From Pseudovirgaria hyperparasitica (Eukaryota), in assembly GCA_010093815.1 (NCBI GenBank), contig ML996571.1: a DNA stretch of 64,000 bases. The stretch is one strand, 5' to 3'. Position 1 is the first letter of the stretch; each line of letters opens with the position of its first letter. Positions 49,689 through 61,163 of this stretch are shown here, one piece after another. A model generated the notes under the pieces. It had not been told where the DNA came from. It did no database searches and worked only from the letters and a program-made list of their open reading frames with translations. Position numbers and translations under genes: made by a program.

Positions 49689-51147
49689 ATGTCTTACCCT
49701 CCGCCAAACAGTCCTCCTCCACATGGGCAATACTACCCACGTATGTCTTTGATGCACTCATAGATGTTCAGACTATCTCACAGACTGTGTAGCGCCTCCC
49801 GAAAAGAGCGGGTTTCAGGGTATATCGTCCAAAACCTTCCCACAATGATACTCGAGGCTGAAACTCCATTAGACCAGCAACACGGCCAAGCACAGCAGCA
49901 ACAGTTTGCACCTCCACCAGGCAGCCAGCAGTACTATCCTCCACCTCCCAGTGGAGCACAGTATAAGCCAGAACAGAGCTACGGTGCTGATCCCCACCGA
50001 GCCTCCTACCAAACTCCCGTCTCGCCCCCTCCTGCGCAGCCTCCACATCCTGGGCAACAACAGCAATTTGCTGCTCCACCTCCACCAGGAAGCAATGTAG
50101 GACAACACCAAGGGCATAGTGCACCTCCTCAATCGGGCGTTGGCGCTGGCCAAGGTGTCGCGCCCTCCCCATCTCCACAACCAACGTTGAATGCGAACTC
50201 GGCCACACAGATTCCAGGTGGTGGACCTTCACAATCGCACTTCATAGGCGCCGGGACTACTCAGGACGATGTTGGCACGTTCAATGGTGGAAGCTATAGA
50301 GTCAGTCACCGTGACACCAACACAATCTTGACTGTCCAATTGGCAATGGGTTGTCCATTGGTTGCTAAGCCAGGTGAGAAGGGCTCTACTACGCTTGTTA
50401 TGCACGCTGGAAGGGCGCTTTCGAGAGACTGAATGGGATTGCTGATTGCTGACCAGTGGTACAGGTGCTATGATTGCGATGTCGCCTTCAGTCACACTGA
50501 AGGGGGGCGTCAAATTCAGTATGAAGAAATTAATCGCTGGAGGTGAAATGGCGACTTCGACTTACACAGGACCGGGCGAACTATTACTTGCTCCCGCAGC
50601 TCTTGGTGATATCTCCAATATCAGATTGTCCGGGCAAGAGCAATGGAGCGTTGGCAAAGATGCGTTCCTTGCATGCACTCAAGGTATCGTAAAAGAATAC
50701 AAGAGTCAAGGCTTTGGAAAGGCCATGTTCTCCGGCGAAGGCTTATTCGTATACCGAATCTCTGGCTCTGGCATCCTCTGGGTCACGAGTTTGGGCGCGA
50801 TTATCCGTAAAGATGTAAGTCATTTTCAGTCAATGTGGCTGCGGAAGCATCTACTAAGCAAACGTAGCTCGCACCAGAAGAGAAATATATCGTTGATAAT
50901 GGGCATCTGGTAGCGTGGAACTGCAAATACGTTCTGGAACGCGTTGCTAGTGGTGGTATTATTTCAGGACTATCCTCAGGAGAAGGGCTTGTGTGCAAGT
51001 TCACCGGCAAGTCTATCAGCGTCTGTTTCCAAAGCTATATATAATAACGAAAATACTATAGGACCCGGAACTGTTTTCATCCAGACAAGGAATCCCACTG
51101 CATTTGCCCAGTGGCTTACAGCGCATGCAGCAGGGGGCGCGGCTTAA
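49689..51147 (+). CDS. AIM24/DUF124 family protein with Pro/Gln-rich N-terminus
   Basis: [67 protein letters not shown]; four introns, the last GC-AG (51007-51061). Confidence 0.88.
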
Positions 51148-51600
51148 GGAGGTGAGCTCTACATAACATTATATGTAGCAGACTGGCAAAAGTAAAGCTT
51201 TTCAGGTTTCCTATTTTCTTTTGTACGCCCATATGGTAGGTATCGTATGACGAGCCAGACTGCAGTAATGATATCCTCCGTATCATACAAAGGCGCAGCT
51301 CTTTCAGTCGACAAGCATATAACAGATAATGGAGAATATTGAGTACTCAGCAAGTCAGCACATGAGCTACGATTGTACGGGTAACCACTGTCCACCTTCT
51401 ACCACCGTCACATTCGTCGATATTCATCAGCCTAGACCTGGTGTAGTTTATGGGGTATGGATTACGCCACTAGTATTTTGCCCCGCATCACATTCCTATG
51501 ATAACGTAAGATGCGGTTGCCTTGACGTCGGGTTCCTCCTTACTCTACAATAGCTTCCATTCGTGACAATCATCATCTCTACACCTTCCATCCAACAACA

Positions 51601-52793
51601 ATGGCGTCCGAGAGGTCAGAAGCCTTGCCCAAAATGCAGTACCGATTTCTGGGCAGCTCTGGGCTCAAGGTTTCCGCTATCTCACTAGGTGGTTGGTTGA
51701 CGTATGGAGGGCATGTCGATAATGGTACAGTCTATCCCTTATTGGCTGCGTCTATACAGGCTTGGACAAGTATGTAATTAATCCACACAGAGCTTGCCCA
51801 ATCTTGTTTGAAAGCTGCATACGACGCTGGTATCAACTTTTTCGATTGTGCCGAAGGCTATGGAGGTGGCGAGAGCGAGAGAGTTATGGGTGAGGCGATC
51901 AAGAAATTTGAGTGGAAAAGGAACGACATTGTTGTCAGCACTAAAGTAAACCCCAAAGGCCCCAGATCGTGTACCCACTCTGAGCACAAGACTGAATAGC
52001 AATCTAGATCTACTGGGGCGCCGCCAATGGCGAGTTAAATGTCAACAATGGCGGCCTGTCCCGTAAGCACATCATCGAGGGAACAAAGGCCTCGCTTCAA
52101 CGGCTCCAACTCGATTATGTCGACATACTATACTGTCATCGTCCTGACCGCCACACACCCATCCTGGAGACAGTCCGTGCCATGAACTACATCATCAACT
52201 CTGGTCAGGCTTTCTACTGGGGTACATCCATGTGGAGCGCCGACGAGATCACACGTGCCACTGAGCTTGCCGAAAAGCACAATTTGATCGGCCCAATTGT
52301 CGAGCAGCCATTATACAATGCTTTCGACCGTGAAAGGGTCGAGTCGGAGTACTTCCACCTTTACAAGGAATATGGATATGGCCTTACCGTCTTCTCGCCA
52401 CTTAAGGGTGGTGTTTTAACTGGGAAGTACGATGATGGTATCCCTGAGGATTCACGTATCGCAAAGTCGGAAGACAAGTACATTAAAGGTCTACGAAAGG
52501 AAGTTAAAACCGAGCAGTGGAAGGTCACTATTGAGAAGGTCAAGAAGCTCAAGGTTGTTGCTGATAAGTTGGATACTGACCGTGCTGCACTGTCTATGGC
52601 GTGGGTCCTGAAAAACCCTAATGTTAGTAGTGCCATTACTGGTGCTAGCAGGCCAGAGCAGATTGGAAAGACTGTTCGCGCTCTGGGAGTTCTGCCCAAG
52701 TTGACGGACGAGATCATGAAAGAGATCGATGAAATCTTGGGGAGCAAGCCCGAACCGATCGTCATGAGGTTTTTTGACGACCACGGTCGATGA
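51601..52793 (+). CDS. Aldo-keto reductase, Kv-beta (AKR6) family
   Basis: YRFLGSSGLKVS..SLGGWLTYG, GINFFDCAEGY, GLSRKHIIEG, HRPD, YWGTSMW, SPLKGG; two introns. Confidence 0.92.
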
Positions 52794-54111
52794 AAGCTCT
52801 ATGTGAAGGATTTATGAGCACGGGAGACCAGTGTCTCCAAGTGAGAATGACAATAGAAGTGGTATGGGTGAGGACAAGACTTCAACATCAAAAAGCACAG
52901 AGTTGACTAGAATATACAATGGGTGTATGAATTGAATACTGGTTAATTATATCATGCCGTACAGTGATTACTTTGGGATCGTGCCACGTGTCCAACTGGT
53001 AAGAAAATAGAATCTGTTCAAACAAAAGACCAACGCATGATAATTAGGATTATCCGACGACCTCAACAACTAGATCGAAAAAGTGTCACGTAATGATCTG
53101 CACTCTAAAGCTTTCTATCGGAGATGTGCAAGGAAAGTGAGATATATTGGAGGGTTGTGGACTTTGGATACATTTCGAGTATTCCTGCGCTGCGCCTGCT
53201 TGCTATCCCTTTAATATAGTTACCATGCGATATGCATATAAATTCGACGTGCATAGTCCTCCTTTGATACTTATTACCATCTTCAGGCGAATCTAACGCA
53301 ACAATCATGATACTGCTCCTAATGCTCCAACCCCACGATAAGCATACAATTTCTCACGATTCTATGTACTGATCATATCTTCAGCCGGCCTAAGCCCCTA
53401 CAAGTCACCAATATACTCGAGGAGCTCTCCCTGCTATCCTCATATAAAACATGGTCAGTACAACCCTTCTCTGTCACGATGCGCGGTCCAAGCACTTTCG
53501 TCACCGTGCTTGAAGATCTATATACGGGCGTGGAGATCTGGGAGATAATTATGATCCCCAGAGCCGTGGTCACGCAGATTCCACACTCGTAGTCCGATGC
53601 TGCTACGGATTTTTTTGAAAAAAAATAAAAAGACTTACGACAGGACCCACATATCCCTGTAGAGAGGTGCATGACCGCGTCGACATATCACAGTTCCACT
53701 TCCTCTAGAACACATCCCAGGGCCCGGATTTCAGTACGAATTTTCACTTTGCCGTCAATACGAACCTGGATACTAATATACCTGTTATTGGTATGGGGAC
53801 TCCTAGGGTTCATTTCTGATTTGTAAGGATGGGAGATATGGAGAAGGTGAGTAGAGTGCGAGATGTGGCGCGTAACAGGGATAACTATTGCTACGAAGTA
53901 AAGTCCGGAAGCAGAAGTGGTACTGCTCAGTTGACTTGCTCAATCGGATTGGCGTCAGTAGAGATAGCTAGAACATACGTTTGGAGGGATCTGCACTACT
54001 ATTGAAGTGAACCTGCAGGACAATGTAATACCAAGCTCTGTCTTCTTACGTTAGACATGCTTTCCGATACATTATACATAATATACATGATTCCTGGTTG
54101 CCACCGGTAAT

Positions 54112-54910
54112 CTACACACGTTCGCTTACCCATATCGCTGCGCGACATCCTCCCCTGATGACATTGGTGAGGACCTCATATGGCTGTGCTTCTTTAGCAT
54201 CATGCTCAACAGCATGGTCCAGATGCTCTAATTCCTCGTCACGAATCCTACGAATATCAGTCAACAGCTCCTCGAGCTCCGGCCCGAGACTCTGTCCATT
54301 CTGCTTCAGGTTCTCCTGCCAGTCGAGCAACGTGCGAACCTGGTCGTTATAATGCGTGCCGATCTCGGTCTCAACAGCTTCGGTACAAGCCATAGCGGCC
54401 TCGCGGCCCATAATAGCGGTGCCCCAGCCTAGAACTGTAGCAGCTGCAGTCCATACAGGATACATAGCGGTCGGTCGGATCCGGTGCTTGGATATAAGTT
54501 CGTTGAACTTCGTGAAGTGGCCCGCTTCTTGGTCGTACATATGCTTCATCAGAGGGCGCAGATGCGGGTGTGCGCGGACTATCGGTGGTGTCTGGGCGCC
54601 ATAGATTAAGACTGCGGCGAGCTCGCCTGCCTGGTTGACGCGGAGCTATATATCGTGAGTCAGGGTCCGCTTGTGTGCGGCATGTACGTACAGCGCTTTC
54701 TAAATATCGTCTTTGCTCAGTGGTCAGAGAGGGGTTCTCCGATGGTAATGGTTTGCTAGGGGCTTGAGATATGGATTCCGATGCTGATGACATGCATGCC
54801 CTTTGATTCACGCAAGTGAAGAATACAGACCTAGGATATAGGAAATCGCATAGTGGCCGACTTGATAACCGTAAAGTCTGGCAATTCCGGACGATTAAAC
54901 CTGAAGCCAT
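54112..54910 (-). CDS. COQ7: 5-demethoxyubiquinone hydroxylase
   Basis: LRVNQAGE, QEAGH, CTEAVETEIGTHYNDQ, RDEELEH di-iron ligands; presequence; intron 54691-54646. Confidence 0.95.
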
Positions 54911-55385
54911 GTCGTCGCCGTTCAGCTTTCCGGGCGACAGCAGGTCTCAGTGTATTGTTATTGTACTAACAGAGCCCATACCAAACGCATCATTGACGTC
55001 TTGGATGTAGTCACGTGGTGGCCTTAACCAACCCTTGGCGCGTAAACGGCAAAATGCCGGGGTAATTGCTGCCGCGTTCGCGTCCCCCTGCTCCAGGCTT
55101 GCCTATTCACGAAGTGGTTCGTTGTTCACTCCCATTGTTATACCAGCCTTCGTCAATCCAATTCAGGCCATTCACCAGCTACTTTTGGGATCTTGCACGA
55201 TATTCTTGCAAATTTTTCACCAACCCCTCAGTCTTGGACCATATACCCCATCCCTCGTCCGATTCTCATCATCCCATCTGCATTTCATACCAGCTGAACA
55301 CTCCCCTCTCATACACGATTTCACGAAAGGTCTACAGACGACTGACAAAAAGCATTCACCGCACCATCTTACAAACACCGTCACG

Positions 55386-57003
55386 ATGTCGGACAATGGA
55401 GACCTCGATGCAGAGCTTCTCGCGCTCGCTGACGAAGAGGAGGAGGAGGAGGAGGAGGAAGCAGAATCGGGGGAAGCGTCCGCGCCAGGCTCACCTGACT
55501 CTCTAGGTTCTGGAGCAATGTCCGAGTCAGACGACGAAGGTGCCATAGTCGAAGATGGAGGCTCTCTTTACCCGCTGGAAGGGAAATATCGAGACGCGAG
55601 TGACAAGGCTAAGATCCTAGGTTTGTCTGAAATTCAGCGCGAACAGATCTTAGCAGATCGTGCGGCAGAAATTGAGAAGCAGACACAAGACAAATATCTG
55701 GAACAGCTTTTCCAGCAACGAGACAAGAAGAGAAACGCCGAAGCTGCCGAGCTTGACGAGATTCAACGAAAGACCAGTCGCCCGAAGGTGAAGGCCCATG
55801 ATCCACTCGAGAGCTACAAGCGCAGCCGAGAACAGCGAGGTCAAGAACTCCAGCGACAACGTGAGCGTAAAGAAAGAAGGGGCCGGGCTTCTCGCTCCCC
55901 ATCATCGGCCAGACCAGAGTCAGAAAAAGATGCCGATGGCGATTCTGACGAAGTCGAATATGCTGAGAATCGCCGAGTTCCGCCTAAAGAGGATCCTCCC
56001 GCGGATATCAAGGACGTCATGCATGCGCTAATCAAGAGAGAAAACTTCGCCAAAGTCTGCTTCTGGCCAGACTTTGAGAAAGCGCTGTTAGACTGCTTCT
56101 GTCGCGTGAGTGTTGGGCCTGGAGAGCATGGAGCCAACACCTATCGTATTGGTCAGATCACAGGTAGTTGTCACCTCACGAGACTTCCTTTGCATCAACT
56201 TACAACTTATCAGGTTTTGAGACGAAGCAGCCTTACGTGGTCGAGAATGATAAAGGAAAGAAAATAATGACAGACTTATATGTTACGTGCAAGCATGGGC
56301 GCGATGTCAAAACCGTTCCATTCTCGCACGTATCGAACTCGAGAGCTACCGAGGTTTGTCTTGCTATCCTATGGTCTGCATTACTCTAATAACCTACTCT
56401 TAGAACGAATTCGACAGGTACAAGGCTGTGGTAGCAGCAGAAGGGAAGAAATTTCCAACTAGGTCTGTCGTGCATGGAAAGCTCGAGGACATAACGAATC
56501 TGCTCAATCGGCGATTTACAGACCAAGAGTTGAGTGAAAAACTTAAGCGTCAAGACAAATATGCAGCTAGGCTCATGGAGCTTACTGCCTCAGCTCTGCC
56601 AGCGAGACAAAGCCAATCACAAATGCAAGCTGATAGACTGGCGAATTTAAATGCTGAGAATCGTCGGAAGAATAACGAGGAGATCCGTAATGCTCTTCTA
56701 GAAGAGCGAAGAGTCGAACGAAAGAGACGGCAGGCAGCACAGAGGAAGTATGAAGAGAGACAAAAATTGGAAAGGGCCCAGGCTGAGAAAGAAACCACCA
56801 AAGCAAGGCTTGCTGTACCAACCGATGACCTCTTCGATGGTAGCGACATCAGTAGAACAGCTACACCCGGCGGCAACGAACTCTCACGAGCCGGCACGCC
56901 ATTGCAGAAGAAAGAGCGCAACGCTATACCGACATTCAAGAAGAAGGCAATGGACGACGATGTCATTGCGGCTATGGACTTTGGCCTTGAAGTCGACATC
57001 TGA
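55386..57003 (+). CDS. RTF1: Paf1 complex subunit Rtf1 (Plus3 domain)
   Basis: LDAELLAL, YPLEGKY..D...L..LSEIQREQIL (HMD), FCRVSVG...YRIGQI Plus3, C-terminal DDDVIAAMDFGLEVDI; two introns. Confidence 0.9.
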
Positions 57004-57667
57004 ACTGACTTGGTGGTCGCTACAATCGCACATGTACTATGGTTATAGATACTAGGGAGACAGTATATGATGCCCAAAATCAGTCTTCCTAGTAGATGGA
57101 TAGGAAAGGGCTCGACGCTAGGGAAAGCAGTTGCGCATATTGACTGGTGTAGGAGCATTGCATTCTTGAATCTCAAGTAACTATCTCACGGCATTTCAGC
57201 ATAGGGTTGACCTCTCATTTCTCCCAAAAGTGAAGAATAATTCTGTTGTTATCATCCATCGATGAACTCGCCCCAAATACCGCCTGATCATATCTTGGAT
57301 GTAAGCAGATACTAACTTTCAGCGGGTTGTTCGAAGCACGACTTGACCTGCCGGCTTGCTAACAATTTCACAGAATACATGATAAGGATGTCTTGACTCT
57401 TCAGTTGTCACTGTTCCAAGGTTAGAGCCGCCTCGAAATGGCGCACTGGCCCACTTCCTTTAGCGTTTGGGGGTGGTCGCACTACTGCAGAGTCAAAGAA
57501 CGTGACGCGTTTCCTCGTCGTTGTCGCTGTCGTACAAATACGAAATAATCCCTCTCATCGCTCTCCGACACCTCAACCTCGCCCTGCCCCTCGAGCCGAG
57601 AGCTGCCTTTACTATCGACGGTCTCGACTAAGTCAGCGCCAGTCGAGCAGCTTTCCACATTACCATC

Positions 57668-59050
57668 ATGGCCGAGAAAGTCACCGCCATGCGGGAGCAC
57701 CTGCGCAGAACACAAGCCTACAACCTCAAAACACTCCGGACTTCGCCTCTCGCAGAGATATCTGGTTCACTGGGTGACCTAGGCACACTTCTCCCAATCA
57801 TGATAGCTCTCACCCTGCGCGGCTCCATATCACTCCCTGTGACCCTTCTCTTCACAGGCGCCGCCAACATCGTGACTGGAGTCACATTCGGCCTGCCACT
57901 CCCAGTACAGCCAATGAAAGCCATCGCTGCAGTGGCGCTTGCGAAACACTTCTCACTGAAGACCATGGCTGCTAGTGGCATCGTGATGGGCGCAGTTGTA
58001 GGTGCGCTGAGCGTGCTAGGCCTGCTGAAGTGGGTAGAAAGAGTTGTTCCAGCAGCGGTGATACGTGGAATCCAGGTCGGTGCTGGACTGAGCCTTTGTA
58101 TCAGCGCTGGGGCATCGACATTGATCGGAGGTCTAAGGACAGCAGGACCGTGGTTGGGAGATAACTACATTTGGGCCTTTGCAGCAGCACTCGTGCTCCT
58201 TCTCAGCATTCCGTTCCCACGCTTCCCTTATGCACTCGTCGTCTTTGTAACTGGTCTAGTCCTCGCCGTAATCCGAATCCACACATCGCATGATAAGCTC
58301 GAACTCCCGCACAGGACACTTGGATTTCACACCGTCGTTCCGCACGGTGCCGACTTCATCGAGGGCACATTCTCCGCCGCGCTTGGCCAACTGCCCCTCA
58401 CAATTCTCAACTCCATTATCGCCGTCACATCGCTATCCAACATCCTCCTAGCGTCGCGCCCCACGCCCTCTACAACCACAGTCGGCATCTCGATTGCTGT
58501 TATGAACCTCGTCGCGCCCTGGTTCGGCGGCATGCCCGCGTGCCACGGCTCTGGTGGTCTAGCTGGTCAATATCGTTTCGGTGCACGTAGCGGGAGCAGC
58601 GTCATCATTCTAGGTGCTGTCAAGATGATGCTTGGAGGCATCAGTCTACGATGGGGCCATGGCGTGGCGCGCTTGCTGGGCGAGTTTCCACGCTCCATTT
58701 TGGGAATCATGGTTCTTGCTGCGGGAATCGAGTTGGCGCGGGCAGGAATCAGTCTGAATGACACTCAAGCTGATGCAGACGTGACGGAGGACGACGGCGA
58801 TCTTAGTCATAGAGCACCGAAGCTGTCTGACGCCGAAAAGACGGATCGATGGATGGTGCTGCTAGTCACCGTTGCAGGACTACTTGCCTTCAAGAATGAC
58901 TTCGTAGGTTTTGTGGCCGGCATGTTGTGGCACTGGGGCCTGAAAGTATCGCGAGAGCTTCACAACAGTAGAAATCAAGATGAAAGCTTCTGGAGCAGAC
59001 TACGTGGTCATTCAACGCAGAATGAGGAGTCAAGAGGGTTACTTCATTAG
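57668..59050 (+). CDS. MOT1-family molybdate transporter
   Basis: SGSLGDLGT, PVQPMKAIAA and FGGMPACHGSGGLAGQYRFGARSG signatures; many TM segments. Confidence 0.9.
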   Translation: MAEKVTAMREHLRRTQAYNLKTLRTSPLAEISGSLGDLGTLLPIMIALTLRGSISLPVTLLFTGAANIVTGVTFGLPLPVQPMKAIAAVALAKHFSLKTMAASGIVMGAVVGALSVLGLLKWVERVVPAAVIRGIQVGAGLSLCISAGASTLIGGLRTAGPWLGDNYIWAFAAALVLLLSIPFPRFPYALVVFVTGLVLAVIRIHTSHDKLELPHRTLGFHTVVPHGADFIEGTFSAALGQLPLTILNSIIAVTSLSNILLASRPTPSTTTVGISIAVMNLVAPWFGGMPACHGSGGLAGQYRFGARSGSSVIILGAVKMMLGGISLRWGHGVARLLGEFPRSILGIMVLAAGIELARAGISLNDTQADADVTEDDGDLSHRAPKLSDAEKTDRWMVLLVTVAGLLAFKNDFVGFVAGMLWHWGLKVSRELHNSRNQDESFWSRLRGHSTQNEESRGLLH

Positions 59051-60149
59051 ATCAACATAAATTCGCCCCCCTCGTACCAAGTTGGGTACTCTGAGCAGTC
59101 AATTATTTGCGCTTTAGCACGCATAGCATAAAGCCATATCACCAGCATAGCATCAGCATCTATAGAGCGAATTATATTACAAGCCTGTCCACCACCGAGC
59201 ACTTTTCACACTGGATTCCGATCAGAATAGGTAACAGCTGACACCTAAGAATCAAGCGCGACCCTATCTATACATAGTCAGTGACTGTCGAGGCTACACG
59301 GGCATCTTCTGGTGGAAGGCTACAACACCCTCTCGTTGTACAGAACGTGTCTAGTCTACAATCAAAAGGTTTGTCTTCCACCGACAACGGTTAATGGTAT
59401 CACATGTCTGTATGACTATTCGTTTCTTGCAATAGGATTGAGGTATAGTACACGTCTTCTACTTCTACGATACTATAGATAATCCAGCTACCCACAACAT
59501 GTGCATCACTTCAAAGACATGATATTTACGGCTCAATTACAAGCCTTAAATGACTATACACGACTCCAGTGCCGCCTCATACTGCGATCTCTGCTGTCCA
59601 CTGTCTTTCTTACACGATATTGTCCCGATATATACGACCAATGAAGCCGAATCTGGGTGTATCGAAGATATGCGCAATCTCCCTAGACGCCTCATCTTCC
59701 GCACCCTCATCTGGTCCCATCAATATCGACATGGCCACGCCGACCGTCTCGTTCGACTTACGGCGTTCTCCTTGGGACAACCTTGAACCCTGACCCATGC
59801 CGGATGCTGCATATTCTCAGACGGTCATCTCTGCGATTGAAGTGCATGATGATGATGATGAGGATGACGCAAGAAGGATTTATGCTTGAGTATGATATCA
59901 TACCGCAAATGTCAAGTGAGATGTCTATGTGGAGAAAATTCAAAAGGGCGTCGCTTTCTATTGTTTGATTCGGCCGGTGGTGGCGATAGGCATCGAGTTT
60001 GAACCCGTCGGTATAGCCTAGTTTCAAATCAGGGAGGTACTTATACGTAAGATCATACAGATCAAGCTAATCACGATCAGAAGGCGACATAAAAATTGAT
60101 GCAAGACCTTCCGTAAGGCCACACACACCGCGACTTATGGTATTCGGAT

Positions 60150-61163
60150 TTATACTTTGTCATTTAGTGAGCAACTGCTTTGAACCCTAAGCCACCACGT
60201 CCTAAAATTGAGTGGGTGCCGTCTTTTCTCTTGTTTGACAAAGAAGATCTGTTCGAGTATTCCCAATGCTGTATACTTACCAACATTTTTCAGAACCAAG
60301 CCGCCTGTCCTAATCCGAATACCGCGGAGAAGCTTGCGCTCAATAGAAGGATCATACACGCTAATAAGACTGCATGTATTACGTTCGAGGTCGACCACCT
60401 CATTTCTTTGCTTGTCAATAATCGTCAACGATTCCAGGATGTCAAAACCGCATTTTTTCAAGGCTGGAAAAACGATCCATTTATCCGATAACTCGTCTAT
60501 TGGGAGGTGGATTCGTAGGTGCTTGATATTTTTTCCAAGATCTCCGGTCGGTATCTTGAAGGTCCATCTGTGCATATCAGTTCTATTATAAGTCATCCTA
60601 CACCAGTGTAATGAGGCTTACAAGTTAGCTTGGAACCCGTGCAAAGATCGCAGTCTTTGGTCGTATGGTTGATACCCGTTGTCAGAATTGACGGTTAATG
60701 TTGACGTCAATGCAAAGACATTCAATCGGCAGAAGATGTCCATAGCCTCCTTACGCACCTGTTTGCTGACTCGAAGAAGAGGTGTATGAGATAAGATTAC
60801 ACTGCACGAGATTTCGTTGACAGTGTAAGGCGACCACACACAATGAAGCTTGTATATCATGTTGCGGCATTCCATACTGAGACGCAAAAAGGGTAATATT
60901 TGAGTCGCAGTTTCGACCGTTCGGGCTCGCTCTGCTTCGGCCCGCCATGAATCGGACTGCCATGTTTGATAAAGCGTCAACCCAAGCCGTTCTGCTTTTA
61001 GTGAGTTTGGTGAGCCTGGTGGCTTTAATGAGTCTAGTAACTCTGATGATGCTAGTGACTTTGATGATTCTGAAGACGATGATGACCCGTAGAAGAGGTC
61101 CGAGTCACTGCTGTGAGGCGATGGTAATGATGGTGGCAGCAATAAGGGTGTGAGATCATCCAT
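60150..61163 (-). CDS. Hypothetical protein with F-box-like LPFLRL..E.RNMIY motif
   Basis: LPFLRLSMECRNMIY...PLLRVSKQVRKEA pattern common in ascomycete F-box-like orphans; probable intron about 60675-60598; 3' end uncertain. Confidence 0.55.

Noticed and set aside
53000..54050. Short ORFs between the aldo-keto reductase and COQ7
   Set aside because: Small, without motifs or coding bias; treated as intergenic.
55035..55385. Apparent N-terminal extension of Rtf1
   Set aside because: Begins at TTG in a pyrimidine-rich, UTR-like tract; the conserved protein starts at ATG 55386.
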